Origin: Halorutilales archaeon Cl-col2-1
Lineage (GTDB): Archaea > Halobacteriota > Halobacteria > Halobacteriales > Afararchaeaceae
Direction of reading: 5' to 3'
Assembly: GCA_041891055.1 (NCBI GenBank)
Contig: CP169074.1
Span: 192,001-256,000 of the forward strand
Length of the DNA stretch: 64,000 bases
Shown piece after piece: positions 21,398-31,074 of the stretch (position 1 is the stretch's first letter; each line of letters opens with the position of its first letter). Made by a program: the position numbers and the translations under genes. The notes under the pieces are model-generated. The model was given only the letters and a program-made list of their open reading frames with translations, was not told the DNA's origin and searched no databases.

Positions 21398-23923
21398 ATG
21401 TCAGAGACAGCACCAACAGAGTACGACTACCCTGAAGTAGACGCATCCGAGATAAAGAACGTTCCCGCTGAGAGGGAGATGGAACAGTCGTACATCGACT
21501 ACGCGATGTCGGTGATAGCGGGACGTGCTCTACCCGACGTACGTGACGGTCTCAAGCCCGTCCACCGCAGAATACTCTATGCGATGCACGGCGAGGGTAT
21601 CACGAGCCGTTCGGGTCACAGAAAGTCGTCGTCAGTAGTCGGAGAGACTATGGGTAACTTCCATCCCCACGGCGACTCGGCGATATACGACACACTCGTG
21701 AGGATGGCACAGGACTTCTCGATGCGTTACCCTCTCGTCGACGGACAGGGTAACTTCGGCTCGGTTGACGGAGACCCAGCCGCGGCGATGCGTTACACTG
21801 AGGCGAGGATGGCTCCGATAGCCGAGGAGCTACTGACTGACATAGACAAGGACACGGTCGACTGGGAGTCGAACTACGACGACAGATTAGAGGAGCCCGA
21901 GGTTCTCCCCGCGGCGTTCCCCAACCTACTCGTCAACGGCTCGTCGGGAATCGCAGTCGGTATGTCGACCAACATACCCCCCCACAACTTGGGCGAGATA
22001 GTCGACGCGACCGTCGAGCTAATAGACAATCCCGAGGCGTCGGTCGAGGATCTGATGGAACACGTCAGAGGTCCCGACTTCCCGACAGGGGGTAAGATAG
22101 TCGGCAAGTCGCCGATACGTTCGGCGTACAAGACAGGCAGGGGAAAGGTACGTCTCCGCGGCGAGATAGAGGTCGACGACGACGAACGCCGTATCGTTAT
22201 CACCGAGATACCGTACCAGGTCGACAAGTCGGATCTCGTCGAGAAGATAGCAGAGCTCGCCGATGAGGGGCGTATAGAGGGCGTCTCGGCTCTTAGAGAT
22301 GAGTCCGACAGGGACGGTATACGTGTAGTCGTCGACCTCAAGAGGAACGCAGTCGCCGAGGTCGTCAAGAACCAGCTTCTCGACAACACGCGTCTCGAAA
22401 CCACCTTCGGCATCATAAACCTCGCACTCGTCGACGGACAGCCACGTGTACTCGACCTCAAACAGACACTCGAAGAGTACATAGATCACAGGAAGGAGGT
22501 CGTGAGAAGACGATCTGAACACGACTTGGAGGAGGCGAAAGACCGCGCGCATATACTCGAAGGACGTCTCAGGGCGGTCGAGAACGCCGACGAGATCGTC
22601 GAGACTATACGTAACTCCGAGGACAGGGACGAGGCGAAGAACGAGATCGTCGAGAGAGGCTTCTCGGAGGAACAGGCAGACCACGTCGTACGTATGCAGT
22701 TAGGAAGCCTGACGTCGCTCGAAGCCGACGAGATAGAGTCGGAGTACTCCGGCGTACAGGACGACATAGACAGGCTCGAAGCCGTCCTCGCCGACGAGTC
22801 GGAGCTTATGAGCCTGATAAAGGAGGAGCTACTTGATATTAAGCGCGAGTACGCCGACGAGCGCAAGACACGTATAGAGACGGGGGAGGACGAGGTCACC
22901 GACGAGGATCTCATACCCGAGAGGGACGTATTCGTAGTTCTTACACGCGACGGATACGTCAAACGTATGAGTCCCGACGAGTTCGACACACAGAGAAGGG
23001 GAGGAAAGGGTATCATAGGCGCGAAGGTCAAGGAAGACGACGGGGTGGTTGAGGCGTTCACTGCGAACACACACGACTACCTCCTCGTCTTCACCGACTT
23101 AGGAAACGTCCACTGGCTCAAGACCTACCAGATACCCGAGATGAGCCGAACCGCGAGAGGTCGGAGCATAGTCAACCTTCTCGAACTCGAAGACGGAGAG
23201 AACGTCACAGCGGTTGAGTCGGTCGAGGTCTTCGAAGACGACGACGCGAGTCTGTGTACTGTCACGCGTCAGGGACGTATAAAGAGGACGTCGCTCGAAG
23301 CCTTCTCTAACCCCCGCACGGGAGGCATAATAGCCGCCGACCTCGAAGGAGGCGACGTCGTAGTCGATACCTGTGTGACTGACCCCGACGTCGACGAGAG
23401 GATCGTCGTCGAGACTAGAGACGGAATGGTGATCTGTTTCGACGAGGAGGAAGTCAGAGAAATGGGCAGGAACGCACGCGGAGTTAAAGCTGTAGATCTA
23501 CAGGACGGCGACGAGGTCGTGGCGGTCTTCACGTCGGAGACCGACTGGGACGACGAGATACTCACGGTTACGACCGACGGATACGCCAAACGCACGCCAC
23601 AGCCCGAGTACCGGTGTCAGAGCCGAGGTGGAAAAGGGCTCATAGACATAGATATAGACGTAGACGCAGACGACGATGCCGATGACGGTGAAGCGCGGAA
23701 AGGGGTCACCGCGTCGTACAAGATCAAGGGCAACGAGGGGGTGGTAGCCGTCTCGGAAGAGGGTCAGGTTCTACGTACCACAGCTGAGGAGGTCTCCGAG
23801 GTCGGGAGGAACACACAGGGAGTCATACTCATGCGTCTCGAAGACGACGACCAGGTCGCTTCAGTCTGTCTCATAGAGGACGAAGATAACGAGGACAATG
23901 ACGCCGCAGAAATAGACGGCTGA
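21398..23923 (+). CDS. gyrA: DNA gyrase subunit A
   Basis: [24 protein letters not shown] catalytic Tyr, GyrA box QRRGGKG. ATG at 21398. Confidence 0.98.
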   Translation: MSETAPTEYDYPEVDASEIKNVPAEREMEQSYIDYAMSVIAGRALPDVRDGLKPVHRRILYAMHGEGITSRSGHRKSSSVVGETMGNFHPHGDSAIYDTLVRMAQDFSMRYPLVDGQGNFGSVDGDPAAAMRYTEARMAPIAEELLTDIDKDTVDWESNYDDRLEEPEVLPAAFPNLLVNGSSGIAVGMSTNIPPHNLGEIVDATVELIDNPEASVEDLMEHVRGPDFPTGGKIVGKSPIRSAYKTGRGKVRLRGEIEVDDDERRIVITEIPYQVDKSDLVEKIAELADEGRIEGVSALRDESDRDGIRVVVDLKRNAVAEVVKNQLLDNTRLETTFGIINLALVDGQPRVLDLKQTLEEYIDHRKEVVRRRSEHDLEEAKDRAHILEGRLRAVENADEIVETIRNSEDRDEAKNEIVERGFSEEQADHVVRMQLGSLTSLEADEIESEYSGVQDDIDRLEAVLADESELMSLIKEELLDIKREYADERKTRIETGEDEVTDEDLIPERDVFVVLTRDGYVKRMSPDEFDTQRRGGKGIIGAKVKEDDGVVEAFTANTHDYLLVFTDLGNVHWLKTYQIPEMSRTARGRSIVNLLELEDGENVTAVESVEVFEDDDASLCTVTRQGRIKRTSLEAFSNPRTGGIIAADLEGGDVVVDTCVTDPDVDERIVVETRDGMVICFDEEEVREMGRNARGVKAVDLQDGDEVVAVFTSETDWDDEILTVTTDGYAKRTPQPEYRCQSRGGKGLIDIDIDVDADDDADDGEARKGVTASYKIKGNEGVVAVSEEGQVLRTTAEEVSEVGRNTQGVILMRLEDDDQVASVCLIEDEDNEDNDAAEIDG

Positions 23924-23934
23924 GACAAGACATA

Positions 23935-24348
23935 ATGGATTCCGAAGGAGTCGGAAAGACAGCTACTTACCTAAGTCTCGTAGTCCCGTGGGTCTACTAC
24001 TCGTACGGGACAGGCTACGCCGTTGTCTTCTCGTTCTTCTCGACCAACTCCTTCCGGAACTTCACCGACATATATAGCTACACGTTCGAGTACACGCACG
24101 GTAGCTTCTCGTCAGGATTCCTCTTCTGGCACGTTTCACTCATCCTCGCAGTCGCGTCCGCAGTCTCGGTGTCGAGACGGAGATACAGGATAGGTAGCGT
24201 ACTCATGGTGCTCGGCGGCGTCTCTGTCTTCCGCTTCAGCCTCGCATTCGCCGACTCGGTCTCGTACGTCGTTCCCTTCGGATCAGTCTGGATGTTCGTG
24301 ACTGGTGTTCTCCTTCGTCAGATCAGACGTACGAGTAAGCCGTCCTGA
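23935..24348 (+). CDS. Conserved haloarchaeal membrane protein downstream of gyrA
   Basis: Four hydrophobic segments, 11 nt after gyrA. Confidence 0.7.
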   Translation: MDSEGVGKTATYLSLVVPWVYYSYGTGYAVVFSFFSTNSFRNFTDIYSYTFEYTHGSFSSGFLFWHVSLILAVASAVSVSRRRYRIGSVLMVLGGVSVFRFSLAFADSVSYVVPFGSVWMFVTGVLLRQIRRTSKPS

Positions 24349-24550
24349 CAGCCTGCCGGTACGCCGTCGAACTCTCGACGAGTGAGAGGGCTCTTCTGAG
24401 ATACGGCTCCGCAGAAGCGAAGACTGCGACCGCTAGGAGGACAAGTCCGACAAAGAAGAGAGCCCCTACTATGCCCAAGACGATGGATCTGAGAGCCCTA
24501 CTCAGGTCTATGTCCGCGCTCGGTCTCAGGCGGTCTGTGTTGAGTGCCAT
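24323..24550 (-). CDS. Hypothetical small membrane protein
   Basis: ATG start, one long TM helix. Confidence 0.55.
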   Translation of the reverse strand: MALNTDRLRPSADIDLSRALRSIVLGIVGALFFVGLVLLAVAVFASAEPYLRRALSLVESSTAYRQAVRTAYSYV

Positions 24551-24651
24551 AAAGGGAGTTACCGTCCGAGTCTCAAGTAACTATCTGTGACACACGTCAT
24601 ACGCACAGAGAAAGATACATTTAAGTAGTATGTCAACACTCATCACGCAGT

Positions 24652-25092
24652 ATGGGACTCGTAGTAGCACAGGCACAGATGCTTCCGGTGGGAGCCGACA
24701 CGTTTAAGATAGGTCTCCTCGTCCTCGCGCTCCTGTCTACTGTGACGGGACTTTTCGGATTCTGGAGGCTGGAGAGTGAGTACGAGGAGTCGGGTGAGGT
24801 GTCACGCCAACCCCTCCATATACTCTTCAATATCCTCACCGTTGTGGGGGGAGTACTCCTGATAGTCAACCATCCGTCGACCGACGCGGGATGGATATTC
24901 ACGATGTTCGCCACGGCGGCTTTCGTGAGTGGTATATTCACGTACAGGTCGATGCAGATACAGATGGACAGGGGGGACGACGAGATAGACAAGCCCTCGA
25001 TGCATCTCGCAGCGGGGCTTTTCCTCGTGATGTACGCCGCGTACATGTCGCTCTGGCACATGGTGGGAATAGGCGGTCTGATCTTTGGTTAG
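24652..25092 (+). CDS. Hypothetical 4-TM membrane protein
   Basis: Four TM helices with conserved-looking His residues; TTTAAG box upstream. Confidence 0.7.
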   Translation: MGLVVAQAQMLPVGADTFKIGLLVLALLSTVTGLFGFWRLESEYEESGEVSRQPLHILFNILTVVGGVLLIVNHPSTDAGWIFTMFATAAFVSGIFTYRSMQIQMDRGDDEIDKPSMHLAAGLFLVMYAAYMSLWHMVGIGGLIFG

Positions 25093-25142
25093 CCGAACCC
25101 GCGCCCCTCTTTTTAATAAGCTGTACGGAGTAGTAGTCGAGG

Positions 25143-26006
25143 ATGTCAGGATCAGAGTACACTATCGAGAGAGCCAATGAGTCGGGTCTGAGAGAGGTTG
25201 TACGTCTCCGTCCTCATCTTCTCGGAGACACTGCTTATGTCAGATGGGAGACTAAGGAAGACTCGGGTCAGCGAGCCAGCCTCGACTTCGGGAGGAACCA
25301 CGTCGTCCTCCGCGAGCCAGCCTCGGTTCTAGGACACGAAGACGTGGTGAGGATCGAGGTTGACGAAGATACGGCGACACGGCTTAGGGACGAGATCGAC
25401 TCGATCGAAGACGAAGCCGAGCCAACTTCGTCAGACAGCCTGAAGTTCGAGGTCGCCGTACACGACTACACCGTAGACGGTGTCGTGACGCGGAAGAAGG
25501 TTCTGGAGCCCCTCGATGTCCCTGAGACCGAGGACGAACATGACACGATAGAGGTATTACGTGAGGTAGTCGGCTGTCACGGCGAGCCGTGTAACACCCC
25601 TGACTGTTTCTTAGACGCCGAGGTTGGCGAGATACTCAGCATCGATGAGGTCTGGGACGCTTTCGAGAACGACTACCCAGACGACATAAAGAGAGCGAGG
25701 AGGAGACTAGAGAAGGAGAGAAGACGTGAGGAGAGGAAACGTCTGAGGGAGTCGATGTCGATGGAGGTCAAGGACAAAGGAGACAGAGGAGAGGGTGACC
25801 GACACTCGTTCTACGCCGTGATACACGTAACCGACGACGAGACGGGAGAGGAGGGCGAGTTCGAGGCTGTCAACACGGTTGACGTCGGCTACTCGGTCGA
25901 GACACTTGACGACGTCTCCGAGGAGTTCGAGGAGAAGGCGACCGAGTACATAGAGGAGTTCTCGCCGGTTCCGACACATTTCCGTATGTCACAGGGCGAG
26001 TCTTAG
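25143..26006 (+). CDS. Hypothetical acidic protein
   Basis: Long acidic ORF with host codon usage and TTTTAA upstream. No family recognised. Confidence 0.75.
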   Translation: MSGSEYTIERANESGLREVVRLRPHLLGDTAYVRWETKEDSGQRASLDFGRNHVVLREPASVLGHEDVVRIEVDEDTATRLRDEIDSIEDEAEPTSSDSLKFEVAVHDYTVDGVVTRKKVLEPLDVPETEDEHDTIEVLREVVGCHGEPCNTPDCFLDAEVGEILSIDEVWDAFENDYPDDIKRARRRLEKERRREERKRLRESMSMEVKDKGDRGEGDRHSFYAVIHVTDDETGEEGEFEAVNTVDVGYSVETLDDVSEEFEEKATEYIEEFSPVPTHFRMSQGES

Positions 26007-26061
26007 ACTCTTAGAGTCTTAGGCTCGCAAAAGTTAAACTAGTGTCAGACGTAGTCGTCGT

Positions 26062-26769
26062 ATGGACGTGATTCCCGCGGTAGACATGAAGGACGGAGAC
26101 TGTGTCCAGCTAGTCCAGGGTGAGGAGGGAACCGAGAAGACCTACGGCGACCCCGTCGAGGCGGCTCAGACTTGGGTTGACGCGGGAGCCGAGACTCTCC
26201 ACATAGTCGATCTCGACGGTGCGATACACGGCGAGAGGAAGAACGCCGAGAAGGTCGGACGTATAATAGACGAGACCTCCGTCGAAGTACAGGTCGGCGG
26301 AGGAATCCGGAGCGTCGACGACGCTAAGTCCTTCTTCGATGCGGGGGCAGAACGCGTCATAATGGGGACGGCGGCGGTCGAGAATCCCAGGATAGTCGAG
26401 GACGTGAGCCAGCACGGCGACGTCATGGTATCTCTCGACTCGAAGAATGACGAGGTCGTAGTCGAGGGGTGGCAGGAGGGCTCGGGTCTGAGTCCCGTCG
26501 ACCTTGCGTCAAAGTTCGAGGAGACCGGCGCCGAGTCGATACTCTACACCGACGTCGACAGGGAGGGTCTATTAGACGGGGTTGAGACATCCACAGTGTC
26601 GCGGATCGTCGAGGAGGTGTCTATACCCGTCGTGGCGAGCGGCGGCGTTTCGAGCCCCGAGGACGTCGAAGCAGTCAGGGACGCGGGTGCTGACGGCGTC
26701 GTTATAGGAACCGCGCTCTACGAGGGACGTATGAGTCTTCAGGAAGCGAAGGAGGCAGCGAGACAGTAA
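26062..26769 (+). CDS. hisA: ProFAR isomerase HisA
   Basis: IPAVD, HIVDLDGA, QVGGGIRS, TDVDREG, ASGGV, GTALY. Confidence 0.96.
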   Translation: MDVIPAVDMKDGDCVQLVQGEEGTEKTYGDPVEAAQTWVDAGAETLHIVDLDGAIHGERKNAEKVGRIIDETSVEVQVGGGIRSVDDAKSFFDAGAERVIMGTAAVENPRIVEDVSQHGDVMVSLDSKNDEVVVEGWQEGSGLSPVDLASKFEETGAESILYTDVDREGLLDGVETSTVSRIVEEVSIPVVASGGVSSPEDVEAVRDAGADGVVIGTALYEGRMSLQEAKEAARQ

Positions 26770-26814
26770 GCTACCACGCCCTAAAGGGCGTGGCATTCAA
26801 CGTGGACTCCGGCT

Positions 26815-28047
26815 CTAACCTGTAGCGGTAGGTGAATATTCACCGTTCGCCTTCAACGTCCCGTTGTTCAAGCGCATGCCTACGGGTGCGCCTCCGCCGG
26901 TCGCTTTCTTGCTCCGGCGGAGATACTTCATACCGACGTTCTTCGCCGCGTTGTAGTCTGCATGGTTCTCATACCCGCACTTCCGGCACTTGAACTTAGA
27001 ACCACTCCTGTTCTGCGGATGGGTGAACCCACACTTAGAACAACGCTGTGACGTATGCTCTGGGTTCTCTTGGGTAACTCGGACTCCGCGTTCCTCGGCT
27101 TTGTACTCTACATACTGATACAGACGGCGATACGCCCAGTCGTGCCAACGGTTCAGGTCATCACGTATCCGCTCTAAGTCTTCCATAGCTATAATGCTAC
27201 AGCCGTTCTCGACGGCTTCCTCAACTATCTCTTTAGCTACTCGGTGGAGGTGGTTCTTGAACCGTCCAGATTCCTTCTCACCGACACATTGGATGTTTTC
27301 GTGGGCGTAACGAGAACCATGTTCCTGCAACGACTTACGGCGTTTCTCGTACTCTCTCCGCCAATGGTTTAAGTACTCTATGCTCCAGTACGCTCCTGTC
27401 GAAGAGACGGCGAGACTACCCCGTGTGTTTAGGTCAACACCGAGAACCGTTCGCAAATCTTCGATTTGCGAGCCATCGAAGCTCCCGCTTCGAGACGTTC
27501 CGTTCTCGGTTTCCTCCGACTCTATCTCTTTTTTGACGCCTATATGGAGGTAGTATCTCCCGTCGCGGTAATGGAGCGTGGCACTCGTTTTCTCCCAGTC
27601 GTCCTGTAGGTACTCTGTCTGAGGATTGTCGTCACCGTCAGGTAAGACGTACTCGGCTTCCACACGACAGTTTACCGTAGAGAGGGTACACGAACCGTCC
27701 TTGTAGGTTACAGTCCGTGCGTCGTAACGGACGACATTCGACGTGAACTGTGGCTTACTCGTCCTCTCTCCGTTCTTCAACCGTTCCACGCAACCTTTCA
27801 ACGCTTCAGCCGCGAGGTTACGTGCCGCTTGTACGTGGTTCGCCGGTAGGTCTGTGGAAGCTCTTACGTCTTCGTAGGTCAGTTCGTGGAGTTGAGACTT
27901 AGACGTAACCACGTATTCGTCGGCGTGCCACGCTACGTCGGCTACGTACTGGCACGCCTTTTTGAACTGGTAGAACGTCTCCTTGAGGTCTTCGTGACGT
28001 TCTTCGGGTACGTCTAACTTTACCTGTACGGTGCGACGTATCTCCAC
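26815..28047 (-). CDS. tnpB: RNA-guided endonuclease TnpB
   Basis: RuvC-I VLGVDL, RuvC-II AMEDL, Zn finger CSKCG/CRKCG, RuvC-III HADYNAAKN. Confidence 0.95.
   Translation of the reverse strand: MEIRRTVQVKLDVPEERHEDLKETFYQFKKACQYVADVAWHADEYVVTSKSQLHELTYEDVRASTDLPANHVQAARNLAAEALKGCVERLKNGERTSKPQFTSNVVRYDARTVTYKDGSCTLSTVNCRVEAEYVLPDGDDNPQTEYLQDDWEKTSATLHYRDGRYYLHIGVKKEIESEETENGTSRSGSFDGSQIEDLRTVLGVDLNTRGSLAVSSTGAYWSIEYLNHWRREYEKRRKSLQEHGSRYAHENIQCVGEKESGRFKNHLHRVAKEIVEEAVENGCSIIAMEDLERIRDDLNRWHDWAYRRLYQYVEYKAEERGVRVTQENPEHTSQRCSKCGFTHPQNRSGSKFKCRKCGYENHADYNAAKNVGMKYLRRSKKATGGGAPVGMRLNNGTLKANGEYSPTATG
27448..27497 (+). repeat. CG-flanked double-hairpin mini-element, copy A (in-frame within tnpB)
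   Basis: CGTTC-GCAAATCTTCGATTTGC-GAGCCA-TCGAAGCTCCCGCTTCGA-GACG. Confidence 0.75.
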
Positions 28048-28146
28048 AGTTCATATATAGGGGTATATATTTATATGCTTAGTGGTTAGAGTTAAGTTGA
28101 CGAGAGTCCAAGACGGTCTATGGAACAAGTTAGCTCAGTAGCACGA

Positions 28147-28196
28147 CGTTGTGGAGCTTTGCTCCACAGCCCTCGAAAACGAAGTTTTCGAGAACG
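28147..28196 (-). repeat. CG-flanked double-hairpin mini-element, copy C (in IS left end)
   Basis: Minus strand CGTT-CTCGAAAACTTCGTTTTCGAG-GGC-TGTGGAGCAAAGCTCCACA-ACG. Confidence 0.65.
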
Positions 28197-28241
28197 CATT
28201 CCTCCCGCACCTAAAGGTGCGGGTATCCTGCTGTGGTACCT

Positions 28242-28847
28242 ATGACTCAGCAAGACACAGACAGAACAGGCGAGTTCGAGAGACAGACACGAGAGACTAG
28301 TATCGAGGTCGAGATAGACGTCGACGGTGTCGGAGACTCCGACGTAGACACGGGCATCGATTTCTTTGACCACATGCTCGAAGGCTTCTCGAAACACGGT
28401 CTCTTCGACCTTAAGGTCAAGGCGGACGGTGACTTAGAGACCGGAGACCACCACACTGTCGAGGATGTCGGCATCTGTTTAGGCAGGGCTTTAGAAAACG
28501 CCCTCGGAGACAAGGAAGGAGTCAGAAGGTTCGGAGACGCCTCGGCTCCCTTGGACGAGTCAGTCTCGACGGTCGTCGTCGACATCAGCGGACGTCCCTA
28601 CTTCGTCGAGGACGTCTCCGACGAGTTAGAGCGTGAGAAGATAGCCGACCTCTCGACTCAGATGGTGACGCATTTCTTCAGGTCACTCGCCACGAACGCG
28701 AGTCTGACACTCCACGTCGAGTCCAAGGGAGACAACGACCACCACGTGGTTGAGTCTCTCTTCAAGGCTTTCGGGCTCGCCTTAGACGAGGCTACACGTA
28801 TAGACGAGAGAAAGAGAGGAGTTCCGAGTACGAAGGGAAAACTCTAA
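28242..28847 (+). CDS. hisB: Imidazoleglycerol-phosphate dehydratase
   Basis: [31 protein letters not shown]. Confidence 0.96.
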   Translation: MTQQDTDRTGEFERQTRETSIEVEIDVDGVGDSDVDTGIDFFDHMLEGFSKHGLFDLKVKADGDLETGDHHTVEDVGICLGRALENALGDKEGVRRFGDASAPLDESVSTVVVDISGRPYFVEDVSDELEREKIADLSTQMVTHFFRSLATNASLTLHVESKGDNDHHVVESLFKAFGLALDEATRIDERKRGVPSTKGKL

Positions 28848-28996
28848 GCCGAAGTATTTCTCTGCTTGTTCTTCGGACGTAGCTTCTTGTAGCCACACTT
28901 TCTGCACTGTTCGGCACCCTGTGGGTTCCGAGCGTCACATCTCATGCATATGTCGACGTCGAGAAGACGTCTCTCTGCTTCGGGAAAGTCAGCCAT
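28844..28996 (-). CDS. rpl40e: 50S ribosomal protein eL40 (50 aa, not in ORF track)
   Basis: [50 protein letters not shown]. Confidence 0.95.
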   Translation of the reverse strand: MADFPEAERRLLDVDICMRCDARNPQGAEQCRKCGYKKLRPKNKQRNTSA

Positions 28997-29026
28997 ACCT
29001 CGTATTTCGAGGCGCGGAAGTTAACC

Positions 29027-29536
29027 TTAACGTTTCGCATTAAGATACTCGTCCTGAACCTCAACGACTTCAGAGCTGTCTTCACAGTCGGAGTATCTTT
29101 CGAGAGGCTCACGGTTGAGGCTCAGGAAGGTCTCTCCCCAAGCGAAGTTCGACACGAGACGTCGTGCCTCGTCGTCGTAGCCGAGTATGTAGAGAGCGCC
29201 GGCGACAGCCTCTGCGGTGTTGAGACGGAACGCCTTTCCGTAGTTCACGGGGTTCGCAGCTACGAGGAATGGCAGACTTCTGGAGTTGTAACCCCGGGCG
29301 GAGTCGAATATCTCCTCGGCTGACTCCCACGACGCGTCGACCGCGACAACGGGCTTCGAGTCGGAGGGGGAGAGGGCGGTCTCTGCGTAGGGGTCGAGCA
29401 ATGTTCCTCTCGGAACCGTCTCGAATCTCGTGTGTAGCTCCGCCTGCCCCTCCTTTTCGAGACGTCTCGCCGTACATTTCGCGGGATCGTCGTCGCCCTC
29501 GTAGTAGATATGTACTCCTTTGAGAGTCGGGTTCAC
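29027..29536 (-). CDS. tsr3: 16S rRNA aminocarboxypropyltransferase Tsr3 (DUF367)
   Basis: DDPAKCT, LSPSD, DASW, RSLPFLVAANPVNYG, FAWG..FL.LN. Confidence 0.92.
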   Translation of the reverse strand: MNPTLKGVHIYYEGDDDPAKCTARRLEKEGQAELHTRFETVPRGTLLDPYAETALSPSDSKPVVAVDASWESAEEIFDSARGYNSRSLPFLVAANPVNYGKAFRLNTAEAVAGALYILGYDDEARRLVSNFAWGETFLSLNREPLERYSDCEDSSEVVEVQDEYLNAKR

Positions 29537-29595
29537 TGGCTGAATGTAGAGATCCGAGAACCATATACGTACCGCGTCTTGGATTATTATCTATA

Positions 29596-31008
29596 GTCAG
29601 GTACCCACCGCTAAAGCGGTGGGCTTGTCAGTGGACTCCCGCTCTGGCCACGAGACGTGGTAGGCGCAAACTCGCCGTTCGCGTTCAACATCCCTGACTT
29701 CAGGGCAACCTGACAGTCCGCCCGTCCAGCACCAGACTTGAGCCAGTGCTGAACAAGACGCCACCCGATGTTCCGAGCGGCGTTGTAATCCGCGTGGAGT
29801 TCTTTTCCACACTTTAGGCACTCGAACTCGTCACCATCGCGGTTATCCTCGTGCGTGAACCCACACTCCGAGTGGCTGCACCGTTGTGACGTGTATTGTG
29901 GCTTCACGTCATCAACGAGGATACCGTACTCTTCGGCCTTGTACTCCGTGAGTTCTTGGAGCTTATTGAACGCCCACTGCTGGAACTTAGAGGCGTTCGA
30001 TATACGCTCTCTGATGTGTTCCAAGTTCTCGAACGCAATTGCATCGCAGTCGTGTCGGCGCGCTTCGAGAACCAGTGTGAGTGCGACGCGATGCAAGTAG
30101 TCCTCGCTCCAATTTGAGAACCGATTGCCGATGGAGTTCAGCGTCAAGTGGGCGCTCCGCGTGCCTGTCTGCTGTAACTTTCCACGACGCCGTTCGTACT
30201 CTGCACGCTTGTGGTTGAGGTAATCTGCGTTGCCGAGGAACGCGCCAGTCGAGGTGACGGCGAGGTAACCGTCAACGTTGAGGTCTACGCCGAGTACCGC
30301 TCCGTACTCGGAGGTGGACGCCTCGTCTTCGTCGCGTTCCTTTTTCATCGACACGTGCAAGTAGTATGTACCGTCGCGCTTATGTAGCGTGGCCTCACCG
30401 CGCTCCCACTCGGGATTATCCCAGTATTCTTCAAATGGCGTTCCGCGAGTGTCTTCGGGTACGATGTATTCCGCGGTGACGCGGTCTTCGACGGTGGAAA
30501 GCGTGCAGTGGTCGTCGTTGTACGTGATAGTTCGATCATCGTAGACGATCACGGTACCGCGGAACTCAGATTTGCTAGCTTTCTCACCGTCTTCGAGGAT
30601 GCGGTCTTTGCAGTTGCCGAGTGCCTTTGCGGCGAGGCTGCGTGCGGCTTGGACGTGGTTTGCAGTGAGGTCTGTCTTTTCACGTACGTCGGAGTATGTG
30701 GCGTCGTGGAGTTTCGACTTGCTTTTGATTATCTGAGTGGGGTCGTCAGACCAGCCGTAGTCCACGGCGTGTTGCGCGGCTTGACGGAATTGCTCGAACG
30801 TCTCATCGAGAACGCTATGTGCGTTCTTATCAACGCCGAGCTTGATTTCGAGGTTTCTGACGACCGTCACAGTTCAAATATTGGAGTTATATTATTTAAT
30901 GGCTGTATTTTAGGTTGGGGAGTCAGCCGTGGCTAGATGCGTGGTTTGATTCAGAAGTGACGCGCTTCCTCCCACGGCTAAAGCAGTGGGTTTCCGCGCT
31001 GCCTCTGT
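29596..31008 (-). mobile_element. IS200/IS605-family, IS1341-type (tnpB-only) element #2
   Basis: Right-end hairpin CCCACCGCTAAAGCGGTGGG ending TGAC on the minus strand. Left-end hairpin CCCACGGCTAAAGCAGTGGG lies 18 nt from ATGA (TCAT). Confidence 0.88.
29611..30870 (-). CDS. tnpB: RNA-guided endonuclease TnpB
   Basis: VLGVDL, AFENL, CSHSECG/CLKCG, HADYNAARN. Confidence 0.95.
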   Translation of the reverse strand: MTVVRNLEIKLGVDKNAHSVLDETFEQFRQAAQHAVDYGWSDDPTQIIKSKSKLHDATYSDVREKTDLTANHVQAARSLAAKALGNCKDRILEDGEKASKSEFRGTVIVYDDRTITYNDDHCTLSTVEDRVTAEYIVPEDTRGTPFEEYWDNPEWERGEATLHKRDGTYYLHVSMKKERDEDEASTSEYGAVLGVDLNVDGYLAVTSTGAFLGNADYLNHKRAEYERRRGKLQQTGTRSAHLTLNSIGNRFSNWSEDYLHRVALTLVLEARRHDCDAIAFENLEHIRERISNASKFQQWAFNKLQELTEYKAEEYGILVDDVKPQYTSQRCSHSECGFTHEDNRDGDEFECLKCGKELHADYNAARNIGWRLVQHWLKSGAGRADCQVALKSGMLNANGEFAPTTSRGQSGSPLTSPPL

Positions 31009-31074
31009 ATGATTATCTTAAACTAAGTCAAGGCAGCCAGTACAGACTTATACGACGAAGCCCTAACACGAGCC

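Larger units (their letters stand above)
26766..28241 (-). mobile_element. IS200/IS605-family, IS1341-type (tnpB-only) element #1
   Basis: Right-end hairpin CCACGCCCTAAAGGGCGTGG ending TTAC on the minus strand. Left-end hairpin CCCGCACCTAAAGGTGCGGG lies 18 nt from the ATGA (TCAT) target. No tnpA. Confidence 0.88.

Noticed and set aside
23640-23700. Low-complexity inserts ([15 protein letters not shown] in GyrA; GDGDGDG in ligase at about 33430-33455)
   Set aside because: Short slippage-type acidic loops common in halophile proteins; no sign of a mobile unit.
28092-28397. ORFs in the IS left ends as possible tnpA (also 30915-31109)
   Set aside because: No HUH or catalytic Tyr motifs. They overlap hisB or the ThDP enzyme gene and the terminal hairpins.
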